Assembly (NCBI GenBank): GCA_963810935.1
Contig: CAWEPK010000003.1
Coordinates: forward strand, 96,001-160,000
Direction of reading: 5' to 3'
Length of the DNA stretch: 64,000 nt
DNA from: an uncultured delta proteobacterium
Lineage (GTDB): Bacteria > Desulfobacterota > Syntrophorhabdia > Syntrophorhabdales > WCHB1-27
Both the position numbers and the translations under genes were made by a program. Below are positions 1 through 10,218 of the stretch, one piece after another; position 1 is the stretch's first letter; every line of letters begins with the position of its first letter. The notes beneath the pieces are model-generated. The model made no database searches, was not told where the DNA came from, and was given only the letters and a program-made list of their open reading frames with translations.

Positions 1-1300
1 CGTTAAGAGCTTCCCCGGCGCCGTTTTCTGGTACGGCAGTTCTGCGGCAGGCAAGCGTAAGGCAGAGAGCTACTTCAGGGCGAGGGCGGAAAGGGCGCGC
101 CTTATACTGGGGAACAAAAGCTGTGTCTTTTTACCTGTTGCTGCAAACGGCCTCATTATAGTGGAGAGGCCGGAAGAGGACGAGTACCGCAACGAGGAGG
201 CGTTCAGGTTCAACGCGGTACGCCTCGCGCTGAAAAGGGCGCAGATCGAGGGCGTCCGCTGTGTAATCGGGAGCGCGGCCCCGCCTGTGGAGATTGCCAG
301 GTGGGCATCGGACGGCACCTTCGAGGCAAGGGAAGGAAAACCGTTTGATGCGCCCGGCATCGCCTGCTCGATCGGCGGCGACAGGGACGGGGAAGCGCCC
401 CTGCCCGGCGAAATCGTCCGGTCAATCGAGGAGACACTCGCACAAGGCGGAAAGGTAGCAGTCCACGTCCCTCGGCGGTCTTATGCGTCGGGCCTCTCCT
501 GCGCTGCCTGCGGGATGCAGATTGCCTGCCCTGGCTGCGGCGCGGCGGCGCTGTCCTATCAAAGACAGACGGAAAGCCTGCTTTGCGGCGCATGCAAGGG
601 CAGTTTCCCCTATGAGGAGCGCTGCCCGTACTGCGGGTCCGACCTTATCAAGTTCTTCGAGATAGGCGCCGAGTACCTGGAGGCCCGCATCAGGGAAGCC
701 TTTCCGGCGGCGACTGTCGCGCGGGTAACGGGCGAGGCGGATAAGCCTGCAGGCGGGCGGCAGCGACCGGGCGACGCCGGCATTATCGTAGGGACGAATA
801 TCCTATCCAAGCTCTACGGTCTCGATACTGCCCTTCTTATCCTTTACGGATGGGAAGATTTCCTGAAGATCGGCGGGTACAGGGCGATGGAGCGGATGTT
901 CCAGCTCCTTTCGAACCTCCGGGATGCCCTGCGCCCGGCCAGGCTCCTTTTCCATATGCGGAAAGACGCCTTCGACCCTGCCTTTTTTCTCGATAGCCAC
1001 AGGTTTTATAAAGACGAGCTCGAGAAAAGGCGCGCCGCCGAGTTCCCACCATTCATCCGATTTTTCGCAGTAAATATATTGAAGCGCAACAAAGAGGCGG
1101 GAGAGCGCGTCATCCGGGCAGTCGAGAGGCTCGCGCAGGAAGCAGGCCTTGCCGACCAGATGCTCGGGCCCATCCAGGTGAAAGGCGAATACGGATGGAA
1201 GGTCATATTCAAAGGCGACGGCGAGGCCCTTTCTCCGCTCCTTTCCTCCCTCTACCGCCTCCCCGGCGTCCACATCGAAGCCGACCCGTTGTCGGTATAG
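1..1300 (+). CDS. priA: Primosomal protein N' (PriA), 5'-truncated by window edge; helicase motifs degenerate
   Basis: Frame open from base 2; four CxxC pairs (CAAC, CPGC, CGAC, CPYC), GAEYLE and FPPF motifs, and C-terminal ADP typical of PriA. Confidence 0.85.
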   Translation, partial: VKSFPGAVFWYGSSAAGKRKAESYFRARAERARLILGNKSCVFLPVAANGLIIVERPEEDEYRNEEAFRFNAVRLALKRAQIEGVRCVIGSAAPPVEIARWASDGTFEAREGKPFDAPGIACSIGGDRDGEAPLPGEIVRSIEETLAQGGKVAVHVPRRSYASGLSCAACGMQIACPGCGAAALSYQRQTESLLCGACKGSFPYEERCPYCGSDLIKFFEIGAEYLEARIREAFPAATVARVTGEADKPAGGRQRPGDAGIIVGTNILSKLYGLDTALLILYGWEDFLKIGGYRAMERMFQLLSNLRDALRPARLLFHMRKDAFDPAFFLDSHRFYKDELEKRRAAEFPPFIRFFAVNILKRNKEAGERVIRAVERLAQEAGLADQMLGPIQVKGEYGWKVIFKGDGEALSPLLSSLYRLPGVHIEADPLSV

Positions 1301-1356
1301 CACGCCCCACCTTGAACAGAACGCTGATTGACATTAGGTTACACAAAGGCTAAGGC

Positions 1357-1881
1357 GTGAACAAACCGCTTCTCAAACGCATTTTCAACCGCCTGCTCCA
1401 CCTTTGTGCCCGCTTTCTGCCGGGCTGCACCACCCTGCGCCCTTTCCTGCACAGGGTTCGGGGCGTGCGGATTCACGGCAAAATCTTTATCGGCGAAGAA
1501 GTCTATATCGAGAACGAATATCCTGAGTGCATCGAGATCGGCGACGGCGTGCAGATCACCCTGCGGGCTACGATAATAGCCCACTTCCGGGGCTCCGGAA
1601 GGGTGGTGATCGGTCCGAACGTCTGGGTCGGCCCGCACAGCTTCATCGCTGCGTCGGCGCCCGGCCAGGTGCTGACGATAGGGGAGGGCGCAGTCCTCGC
1701 CGCAGGGTCGGTAGTGACGAAGGACGTCCCGGCCCGCACGTTCGTTGGCGGCGTCCCGGCCCGGCCCATCGCTATGGTGGGTGTACCCATGAGGCTTACG
1801 ACCAGTTATGAGGATTTTGAAAAGGGGCTCCTGCCGATTCCGCAGGAAGCGCGTATTGAAGGCGCCCCGGCCCCCGGCTGA
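1357..1881 (+). CDS. Hexapeptide-repeat (LbH) acyltransferase
   Basis: IGxxxxI hexapeptide repeats; C-terminal GSVVTKDVP...GGVPARPI. Confidence 0.85.
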   Translation: MNKPLLKRIFNRLLHLCARFLPGCTTLRPFLHRVRGVRIHGKIFIGEEVYIENEYPECIEIGDGVQITLRATIIAHFRGSGRVVIGPNVWVGPHSFIAASAPGQVLTIGEGAVLAAGSVVTKDVPARTFVGGVPARPIAMVGVPMRLTTSYEDFEKGLLPIPQEARIEGAPAPG

Positions 1882-1891
1882 TTGAGGCAGC

Positions 1892-3676
1892 GTGTCCGCG
1901 ATGGCAGCAACCGCCCGCGAGCTACTGATAATAAGGCTCGATCCACCCTCGGAGAATGATGCGGCCGTCAGTGCGATGGCCGACTTCCTCGGAATCGATG
2001 TCCGCTTCGCCGACCTTGCAGCGCTTCTTTCGGGTGGCCTATTCGCAAACGACGACAACGCCCCCCAGCCTGCCGCAATCGGCGCGCAGGCACTGGCAGC
2101 CGTGATATTGCACGGGCTTGACCAGCCGTTCCGGGCGTTTATGAAGAAACGCGTCTCGTCTCTGCTTGTCTACGGCGTCGAGCCTACCTTCTCCATTTCG
2201 AAGGGCCTGGCAATGATCACGGACGGGCTGGTGAGGCAGGCTATGCCAACCGGCGCCGGCCGCTACGCCTGCCATGTGTCGCCGGACTCGCCTGAGATTT
2301 GCGGGCAGCTTGCGGGCATATCGGCAGGCCAAATAGGCGGCGCGGAGGTCCATCTCCTCGATACGGTCAGCGGACCGGGCGTAACAAAGCTCATCACGCT
2401 GTCAGGCCGGCCCTTTTTCGTCTCTGCCGCGACGCAGGCCTGCCCGGTCTTCATCATTGCCGCGACTCGCGTGGCTGACGTCCGGACATTTGTAAGCACC
2501 CGTCCGGAAGCGGCATCCGGCTGCGCGCATCTCTTCCCTGCGGCCATGTACCTGAAATGGGCCTTCGGAAAAGCGGCCTGGCGCCAGGAGAAAAGCCGCG
2601 CCTGCCTTATCGTCGACGATCCGCTGCTGAAAGAGGGTTACGGCTTCCTGAACTTCCAAAACCTCGCAGACATGATGGACACCTGCGATTTTACCACGTC
2701 CATCGGCTTTATCCCGTGGAATTTCAGGCGGACCGGCCGCAAGACCGCCGACCTCTTCAGACAAAGGAAGGACCGCCTGTCGCTATGCGTGCACGGATGC
2801 GACCACACGCAGGGCGAGTTCGGCCTGTCAGACGCCGCGCGGCTCGGCTACATGGCGCGGACCGCGACGGAGAGAATGGAGCGCCACGCGAACGCGACGC
2901 AACTGCCCTTCGACAACGTTATGGTCTTTCCACAGGGCATCTTCTCGGTCCCCGCCATGCAGGCCCTGAAGGCGAACGGTTATATCGCAGCGATCAACTT
3001 CGATGTCTTTCCGGTCGATTCCGGGGATCAGATCGAGATGAAGGCTCTCCTGGAGCCGGCGGTGACCGACTTCGGCGGGTTTCCGCTCTTCCTGAGGCGG
3101 CGCCCGGAGGAGATCGCAGAGATCGCCTCGGACCTCTTCTGGGGCTGCCCCGCCTTTATAATGGCCCACCACGATTTCTTCAGGGACCGCCGGCGCGCGA
3201 TCGAAGCGGTAAAAAGGATCAACGCCATCGAGGGCGGGGTCGAATGGCGCAGCGCAGGAGAGATCGTCAGGCGGTCGCACCTTTTGAAGGAGGGACCGGA
3301 GGGTATGATGCAGGTTAAGGGATATGTCGCTGAAATGGTTATAGAGAACCCGGAGGCCTTCGAGAGGACCTGCGTTGTGACTAAAGCCGAGTCGTCGGCG
3401 TCACTGGCCGTCAGCCTCCAAAGCGGAAAGCCGATAGCGCGGCAGCATGCGGCGTCCGGCTTGCGCCTTTCCTTCACCATCGGGCCGCGGGCGCGCGAAT
3501 GCGTCGTAATAACGTACCCGCGCGACGCCTCCCGGCCGGCAGAGACCGCGGGGCTCGCCGCCGCGATAGGCGCGGGCGCCCGGCGCTACCTTTCGGAGAT
3601 ACGGGACAATTACATCAGCAGGAACGACACGCTGCTCTCTATCGCCGGGAAAATAAAAAACCGCCTGTTAACGTAA
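1892..3676 (+). CDS. Hypothetical protein with polysaccharide-deacetylase-like domain
   Basis: LIVDDP and VHGCDH motifs resembling a NodB/CE4-type metal site; 594 aa. Confidence 0.55.
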   Translation: MSAMAATARELLIIRLDPPSENDAAVSAMADFLGIDVRFADLAALLSGGLFANDDNAPQPAAIGAQALAAVILHGLDQPFRAFMKKRVSSLLVYGVEPTFSISKGLAMITDGLVRQAMPTGAGRYACHVSPDSPEICGQLAGISAGQIGGAEVHLLDTVSGPGVTKLITLSGRPFFVSAATQACPVFIIAATRVADVRTFVSTRPEAASGCAHLFPAAMYLKWAFGKAAWRQEKSRACLIVDDPLLKEGYGFLNFQNLADMMDTCDFTTSIGFIPWNFRRTGRKTADLFRQRKDRLSLCVHGCDHTQGEFGLSDAARLGYMARTATERMERHANATQLPFDNVMVFPQGIFSVPAMQALKANGYIAAINFDVFPVDSGDQIEMKALLEPAVTDFGGFPLFLRRRPEEIAEIASDLFWGCPAFIMAHHDFFRDRRRAIEAVKRINAIEGGVEWRSAGEIVRRSHLLKEGPEGMMQVKGYVAEMVIENPEAFERTCVVTKAESSASLAVSLQSGKPIARQHAASGLRLSFTIGPRARECVVITYPRDASRPAETAGLAAAIGAGARRYLSEIRDNYISRNDTLLSIAGKIKNRLLT

Positions 3677-3725
3677 ATCGGAAGACCGGATACAAATAAC
3701 GGGGGATCAGCGGATGCGAAAGGCC

Positions 3726-5159
3726 TTACTTCCGCCTCTTTGCCCTGAAATCGTACAGGCCGAGCTCGCGCAGCCTGGCGATGCCTACGAAGAACGTGTC
3801 CCTGTTTATGCCGAGCCGCTCCATGATGGTCCTCGGCTCAGGCACTTCCGCGTCCTTCCCCGCGACGCTTTCGAGCTTCATCAGGTGAAGGTAGAGGCGG
3901 TATTCGGCCGCAGTGAGCTTTGCGTCGATGAGGTAGTCGGTGATGACGTGCATCTCGCCGGACGCCTTTTCGATGCCGTTGTGCTTTATCTCTTCCGGGA
4001 CGTGCTCCACGCCGATAACGGAGTCTTCGCACATGATGTAGGCGCGCTCGAGCACGGATTCCAGTTGCCTGATATTGCCCGGCCACGAGTACGCCATCAT
4101 GGCCTGGAGGGCGTCGGTGGAAACGCTCTTCCTGCCGTTGTGCGATTCGTTCATTTTCTTCAGGAAGTGCTCGACGAGAATGGGGATGTCGGTCTTCTTG
4201 TCCCGCAGGGGCGGGATGGTGAAGGCTATGACGTTCAGCCTGTAATAAAGGTCTTCGCGGAAATTGCCCCTCGCGATCTCGTTTTCAAGCTTCTTGTTGG
4301 TGGCTGAGATGATGCGCACGTCGAGCGTCAATGTCTCCTTGCCGCCTACGCGCCTTATCTCTTTCTCCTGGATCGCCCTCAATATCTTCGCCTGCATGGC
4401 CAGGGTGAGGTCCCCTATCTCGTCTAAGAAAAGGGTGCTTCCGTTCGCCTGCTCGAAAAGACCCAAATGCCTGGTGAGTGCGCCTGTAAATGCGCCTTTC
4501 TCGTAGCCGAACAGCTCGCTTTCGAGGAGCGTCTCGGGAATAGAGGCGCAGTTTATGGCAAAGAACGGGCGGTTCTTCCTCGGGCTGTTGTAGTGGATGC
4601 TCTTGGCGAAGAGCTCTTTGCCCGTGCCGCTCTCCCCGTAGATAAGGACCGTGGAATCGGTCGGCGCCACCTTCCTCACTATGCCGAAAAGGGCCTTCAT
4701 GCTCCCGTGGTCGCCGATGATGTTGTCCAGGTGGAACTTGTCGAAAAGCTGGTCCTTCAGCATCAGGTTGTCTTTCAGGAGCTTCACCTGGTTGGCCGCG
4801 TTGTTCATGACCAGCAGGAGATGGTCTTTTTCGAGGGGTTTTTCAAGGTAGTGGAACGCGCCCAGCTTGGTCGCCTCTATTGCCGAAGGTATCGAGCCGT
4901 AAGCGGTCATGACTACGACATGGCACGGGATATTGTGGGACTTCACCTCTTTGAGGATCTCCGTGCCTTCGATATCGGGAAGGCGCAGATCGGTCAGGAC
5001 GCAGTCGAACGATATGTTCTTAACCAGCTCCAGGGCCTTCTTTCCCGTCCCGGCGTCCTCGACGTAAAAGCCGTCCTTCGCGAGTATCGTCTTTACGATA
5101 TCCCTCTGGAGCGCGTCGTCCTCGACGACAAGTATCGTGCCCTTAAGATGCTGTTGCAT
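3726..5159 (-). CDS. Sigma54-dependent response regulator (REC-AAA+) with atypical C-terminal DNA-binding domain
   Basis: VVEDD/TDLRLP receiver, GESGTGKE, GAFTGA, LFLDEIG, WPGNIRQL. Confidence 0.93.
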   Translation of the reverse strand: MQQHLKGTILVVEDDALQRDIVKTILAKDGFYVEDAGTGKKALELVKNISFDCVLTDLRLPDIEGTEILKEVKSHNIPCHVVVMTAYGSIPSAIEATKLGAFHYLEKPLEKDHLLLVMNNAANQVKLLKDNLMLKDQLFDKFHLDNIIGDHGSMKALFGIVRKVAPTDSTVLIYGESGTGKELFAKSIHYNSPRKNRPFFAINCASIPETLLESELFGYEKGAFTGALTRHLGLFEQANGSTLFLDEIGDLTLAMQAKILRAIQEKEIRRVGGKETLTLDVRIISATNKKLENEIARGNFREDLYYRLNVIAFTIPPLRDKKTDIPILVEHFLKKMNESHNGRKSVSTDALQAMMAYSWPGNIRQLESVLERAYIMCEDSVIGVEHVPEEIKHNGIEKASGEMHVITDYLIDAKLTAAEYRLYLHLMKLESVAGKDAEVPEPRTIMERLGINRDTFFVGIARLRELGLYDFRAKRRK

Positions 5160-6673
5160 CGGCCGGCACCCTTATAGTTACCACTGTGATCTCTCCTGCT
5201 CTGCTGTGTGCTGAAATCGTGCCTCCGTGCTCTTCGACCAGCCGCTTGGTGATCGTCAGCCCGAGGCCTATCCCCAGTTTTTTAGTCGAATAGTACGGCT
5301 CGAAAATCCTGTCGATCTCCCCCTCCATGCCTTTGCCGTTATCTGCGACCGATATGCACGCCATTCCGTCCTCGACCGTGCACTCTACAACGATCCTGCC
5401 CTTGTCCTCGATTGCCTGGGCGGAGTTGATTATGAGGTTCATGACGCACATCCGCATGTACTCCCTGTCGCAGTAAATGCGCATCGCCTTGTCTGCGCAT
5501 TGCGTGGCCACCTCTATGCCGTCCCTTATCTTGTCGTGGACCATGTAAAGGGCGTCGTCGAGGAGCATTTCGGCCGTCACCCAGCCCTTGTTAAGGGTGA
5601 TCGGCTTTCCCATGAAGAGGAAATTGTTTATCAGCTCGTTAACGCGGTAAAGCTCTTTCTTGAGGTTGTCGAGGAGGGCGGCGACGTCCTCGTGCGCAGC
5701 CGCGCCGTCTTCCGCGAGCCGCTCTTTTATGTGGCCTATCGAGAGGGAGAGGAAGTTGAGCGGGTTGCGCACCTCGTGGGCAATGCCGGAGGCGAGCTGC
5801 CCGATCATAGAGAGCTGCTCCGTCTTTTTCAGCTTCTCCTCCAGCTCCTTCCTCTCGGCTATCTTTTCCACCATCTCGTTGAAGCTCCGCACCAGCACGC
5901 CTATCTCGTCTTTGCGGTCCTTATCCTGGATTTTGACGAGCTTACCTTCAGCCACCTTCTTGGCCGCCCTGGCGATCTTCTTGATGGGGTCGGTGTACTG
6001 GTCCGCAAGGATCAGCGATACGATGATGCCTATGCCGAAGGCGAAAAGCGTGCTTAGTACCCTCTTGAGGTGGTTCTTTCTCTGGAGGTACTTGTAGTCG
6101 TCGAGGATCATGCTGATGTGGATGTAGCCTAAGTTCTGCCCCTTTATCGAAACGGGCATGATGACGTTGTAAAGGCGCTGGCCTTCTTTTCCGCTTTCCT
6201 CGCCGAGCCTTGCCGTAATAATGAGGTCCTTCTTGCCCGTCTTCTCCGCCGCCGTTATCTTCGGGTTCTCCCTGGTCCCGACCTTGCCGGGGTTGGAGGC
6301 TCGCTATTACCTGCGAGTCGTCACTTACTATCGATATCTCCTTTATGCCTTTCCTGTTGAGGAGGTTGACGTAGCTCTTGAGCCTCTGGCCGCTGTCTCC
6401 CCGGTAAGTCATCTCCTCGACGCTTATCTGTATCGCCTTGGTGATATCGTCTATATCGTGCGTCACCTTGTCGATGATCATCTCCTCGCTGCGCATCGAG
6501 ATGATAGTGAGGGAGCTTACGGAGATGGCGAGGACGACAAGCAGGATCAGAAGAAGTTGCGTCCGCAGGGAAAGACGCCGGAAGACGCTCTTGGTGCGCT
6601 CCAGGTTCGTGAAGGCGTTGAAAACCTTTTTCACGGCCGCTCCGCTTCTTTCAAGTATAGTATGTTTCGCCAT
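5143..6673 (-). CDS. Membrane sensor histidine kinase (TM-periplasmic-TM-HAMP-HisKA-HATPase); one +1 frameshift near 6298
   Basis: AHEVRNPL H-box, NLIINS, DNGKG and GLGL boxes; removing one G at 6298/6299 joins ORFs 5948-6673 and 5143-6159. Confidence 0.88.
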
Positions 6674-6689
6674 TGACGGGTTGAGACTT

Positions 6690-7157
6690 TTATTCGAGCA
6701 GGCAGACGGCGTAGCACTCGATCCCTTCTTTCCGGCCGGTAAACCCCATGCCCTCCGTCGTCTTGCCCTTTATGCTCACTTGGGTTGGGTCGATGGACAT
6801 GATGCGCGCGATGCCGGCCCTCATGGCCTCCCTATAGGGCTGGATCTTCGGCGTCTCGCAGACGACGACCGCGTCGACGTTGACGACGCGGAAGCCTTTT
6901 TGCCTCGCGATCTCGACCGAGCGCGCGAGGATGACCGAGCTTGCAATCCCTTCTATCGACTTGTCCGTATTCGGGAATAGGACGCCTATGTCGTCTGCGC
7001 CTGCCGCGCCGAGCACTGCGTCACTCAGCGCGTGGAGCAGGACGTCTCCGTCGGAATGACCGAGAAGCCCCCTGTCATGCTCGATGCGGAGCCCGCCGAG
7101 AAACAGGCTTCTGCCTTCCGCGAAGGCGTGCGCGTCGTAACCTATGCCGATCTTCAT
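6690..7157 (-). CDS. ispF: 2-C-methyl-D-erythritol 2,4-cyclodiphosphate synthase
   Basis: GIGYDAH, GHSDGDVLLHA, KGKTTEGMGFTGR. Confidence 0.97.
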   Translation of the reverse strand: MKIGIGYDAHAFAEGRSLFLGGLRIEHDRGLLGHSDGDVLLHALSDAVLGAAGADDIGVLFPNTDKSIEGIASSVILARSVEIARQKGFRVVNVDAVVVCETPKIQPYREAMRAGIARIMSIDPTQVSIKGKTTEGMGFTGRKEGIECYAVCLLE

Positions 7158-7852
7158 GCATGTCCCTTGAGCTGGGCGAGTATGCCCCTGGCGATGACCA
7201 GGTCTTCAGGGGTCGTTATCTTGATGTTGTAAGGCGAGCCCTCGACGACCTTGACCTTCTTGCCCAGGTATTCTATGAAGGACGCGTCGTCGTAGCCGCA
7301 GAGCTTCTTTCCCATTCCTTCCCTGTACGCCTTCGTTATCAGGTCGTACTTGAATGTCTGGGGCGTCTGGATCTGCCAGAGGGAATCCCTTTCGAGGGTC
7401 TTCATGACGAAGCCTTCCTTCGAAATCACCTTGATCGTGTCGCGCGCGGGTATCGCCGGGACGATCGCGTCGAACATCTCCATGAGGAATATCATTTTCT
7501 CTACGAAGGCGGGCGATATGAACGGACGGGCCGCGTCGTGGATTACGACTACGTCGCATGCCTCGTCGATCGACTCGAGCCCGTTCCGCACGGAGTCCTG
7601 CCTCAGGCGTCCCCCGATGACCACCTTCAATATCTTGCTGAAGTGGTAGGTCTCCAGTATCTCTTCCTGCACGAGCGGCAGGTCCTTGTGGCTGACGACC
7701 AGATAGATGCCGTCTACGGGCCTGCATTCCTGGAAGACCTGGAGCGTATGGACGAGAATAGGCTTGCTGTCGAGGAGAAGGAACTGCTTGCTCGTAGGCG
7801 AGCCCATGCGCTTGCCCGCCCCGCCGGCGAGGACTATAGCCAGCGTTCTCAT
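7154..7852 (-). CDS. ispD: 2-C-methyl-D-erythritol 4-phosphate cytidylyltransferase
   Basis: LAGGAGKRM, RQDSV, HDAARP, QTPQ, NIKITTPED. Confidence 0.97.
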   Translation of the reverse strand: MRTLAIVLAGGAGKRMGSPTSKQFLLLDSKPILVHTLQVFQECRPVDGIYLVVSHKDLPLVQEEILETYHFSKILKVVIGGRLRQDSVRNGLESIDEACDVVVIHDAARPFISPAFVEKMIFLMEMFDAIVPAIPARDTIKVISKEGFVMKTLERDSLWQIQTPQTFKYDLITKAYREGMGKKLCGYDDASFIEYLGKKVKVVEGSPYNIKITTPEDLVIARGILAQLKGHA

Positions 7853-7854
7853 GC

Positions 7855-8901
7855 CTACCTCACGCGCTCCTGGTATCCGTACTCTTCGGGATAGTCAAGC
7901 TCTTTATCCGCCTGCTCTTTCAGTCTCCCGAAGATCATACGGCCCGAAGTCGTCTGCAGCAGGCTCGTCACTACTATATCGACCGTTTTCCCGATGACCT
8001 TCCTCGAATCGTCCACAACCACCATGGTCCCGTCGTCGAGGTAGCCTATGCCTTGCCCCTGCTCCTTGCCCTCCTTAACGATCCTTATGTTGACCTGTTC
8101 ACCGGGGAGGATCACCGGCTTGAGCGCGGAGGCAAGCTCGTTCATGTTGAGCACCCTGATACCTTGTAACTCCGCAACTTTATTGAGGTTGAAGTCGTTA
8201 GTCACTATTTTCCCCTGAAGGCTTTTCGCCAGGGCTATCAGCTTCGAGTCGACTTCCTTGATTTTGGGGAAATCGATATCGACGATTTTTACTTTGACGT
8301 GCGTCTGTTTTTGCAGCCTGTGTAGTACGTCGAGCCCCCGCCTGCCCCGCGTTTTTCTTACGGGGTCCTGCAGGTCCGCTATGTGTTGAATCTCATAGAG
8401 GACGAACTGGGGAATGACGAATACGCCTTCGATGAACCCCGCCTCGCAGATATCTGCGATCCTGCCGTCTATAATCACGCTGGAGTCCAGGATCTTGTTG
8501 CCTTCGCTGCCCTCTATATTCCCGAAGAGGGGCAGCTTGGACAAATCGATGGTATGGCTTTTCTTCTCCCCGATGCGGAAGCCCAGATACCCCATGATCA
8601 CGTAAAGCAATATGTAGATCGGCAGGGTGATGGGCACGTCTTTGGCGTGAGTCAGAAGGAGCTTCGAGATGAAGAGGTTCGTCACGAAAAGACCCATTAT
8701 GACGCCCACAAGGGTCCCGATGATGATCTTTAGCGGTATCTCCTTCAGTTTCTCTTCGAGCTTGATGATGAGGTAGCCCAGGATGATGCCCGATGCGACC
8801 CCGATCAGGTCGAAAAGCGGGTTCGGAGAGATTTCATTAACAATGAAATAACCGGTAACGGCCGTTACCGCTATAAAGACAAGCTGTACGATAATGGCCA
8901 C
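7855..8901 (-). CDS. Membrane-anchored PIN/TRAM domain protein (YacL family)
   Basis: N-terminal TM helices, LDSSVIIDGRI, TNDFNLNKVA, GYLDDGTMVVV; lies next to ispD. Confidence 0.92.
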   Translation of the reverse strand: MAIIVQLVFIAVTAVTGYFIVNEISPNPLFDLIGVASGIILGYLIIKLEEKLKEIPLKIIIGTLVGVIMGLFVTNLFISKLLLTHAKDVPITLPIYILLYVIMGYLGFRIGEKKSHTIDLSKLPLFGNIEGSEGNKILDSSVIIDGRIADICEAGFIEGVFVIPQFVLYEIQHIADLQDPVRKTRGRRGLDVLHRLQKQTHVKVKIVDIDFPKIKEVDSKLIALAKSLQGKIVTNDFNLNKVAELQGIRVLNMNELASALKPVILPGEQVNIRIVKEGKEQGQGIGYLDDGTMVVVDDSRKVIGKTVDIVVTSLLQTTSGRMIFGRLKEQADKELDYPEEYGYQERVR

Positions 8902-8908
8902 AACTAAA

Positions 8909-9403
8909 CTAACCTTTTGGCGATTCCGCGAAAATGCTCTCTATGTCGGTAACGATATCTTCTTCGTTCTTGCGGAGGGCTATTGACAGCTCCTTCTTGA
9001 TGAGATTACGTGCGGTCTCGAACATCTTCCTTTCGCCGAACGACAGTTCTTTCCACATTCTCAGGCTGTAAAGCTCCCTCAACACCATAGCGATCTCGAA
9101 GATGGAGCCGCTCTTGATCCGCTCCATATACTCCTTATACCGCCTGTTCCACGGAGACGTATCATGGATGAATGTCCGGTCCTTCAGGATCTCGAACACC
9201 TTCAGCACCTGCTCGGGGTCTATCACGTAACGGAGGCCGGCGTGCTGGGCACTGTCGACAGGTATCATGATCGTCATGTCGGAGTCCAGGATACGCATGA
9301 TGTAGAAAGACTGCCTCGTACCCGAGATTAACTTCTCTTCGATCGATTCTATTCTCCCTACTCCATGGCCAGGATATACTGCAACTTCTCCAACTTTTAG
9401 CAT
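8909..9403 (-). CDS. carD: CarD family transcriptional regulator
   Basis: VYPGHGVG, WNRRY, LSFGERKM. Confidence 0.93.
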   Translation of the reverse strand: MLKVGEVAVYPGHGVGRIESIEEKLISGTRQSFYIMRILDSDMTIMIPVDSAQHAGLRYVIDPEQVLKVFEILKDRTFIHDTSPWNRRYKEYMERIKSGSIFEIAMVLRELYSLRMWKELSFGERKMFETARNLIKKELSIALRKNEEDIVTDIESIFAESPKG

Positions 9404-9441
9404 TTGACCTCCAATCTCGGGTTTAATCCCGTCTTGCCACT

Positions 9442-9470
9442 ATTATACCAGTTTAGAGAATCAAATTCAA
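9442..9470 (-). promoter_or_regulatory. Sigma70 promoter of carD operon
   Basis: TTGAAT-17 nt-TATAAT on minus strand, ~40 nt upstream of carD ATG. Confidence 0.65.
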
Positions 9471-9653
9471 TAAGGTGTCGTCATCACACTTGTTTTATTC
9501 GGGCGAAAAACAAGCTGAGCGAGGGCGTCCGCCCGGGGCCGGGGGTCTTGCGCCGGTTGACAAATATCAGGGCCATGCTTACGCTTCGAAGAGGCAAAAC
9601 GGGGCAGACGGGCTCGCGGCGGGCCTCATCCTTCTTTAAAAAGGGGCGAAAAT

Positions 9654-10180
9654 ATGGGCATCAGGGGTATCTTTGTCGTCGCGGCACTGGTATTGGCCGT
9701 CTGTCCTGCCGGGTGCACCAGGGGTGGGGACGCAAGGCAGTCGCCGCACCAGGACGTCGCGCGCAACCTTGTCCCCTCGAAGGCCGAGGCCAGGGGGCGC
9801 AGCTTCGTTATCGAGCTCGAGCGAGCTGAAGGTCACGATGAAGGTGAACCCCGCATCGAGCGAAATCACCCAGACGCCCAGGCTCCGGGGCCGCTACAGG
9901 ATCACCAATACGTCGCCAGGGGCAGTAGAAGTCCAGGGGGTGACCATAGAGTATATGGACGCCGGGGGAAACCCCATCGCCTTCGACGCGGCGGAGCACA
10001 TCACGCGCGCCCTCAAGCTCACGCAGATACTCCAGCCGGGGGAGGTCTCCGACAAGGCCCTGGAGCTCGACCATCCCGAAAGCGGCGGTGAAGGACCTGG
10101 CGGGGATCGGCATTAACCTTGTCTATGTGCCTTCCGAGCTGAAGACGGAAACCCTTAAGCTATCGGAGAGGATCGAATAG
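9654..10180 (+). CDS. Putative lipoprotein/exported protein; two +1 frameshifts (~9819, ~10069)
   Basis: Hydrophobic signal with Cys; three frames join into ~175 aa ending TETLKLSERIE* if G9819 and G10069 are removed. Confidence 0.55.
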
Positions 10181-10218
10181 GTAAGGGCGCGCAAAGCGCC
10201 GGATGGGGCAGTCCGCCC

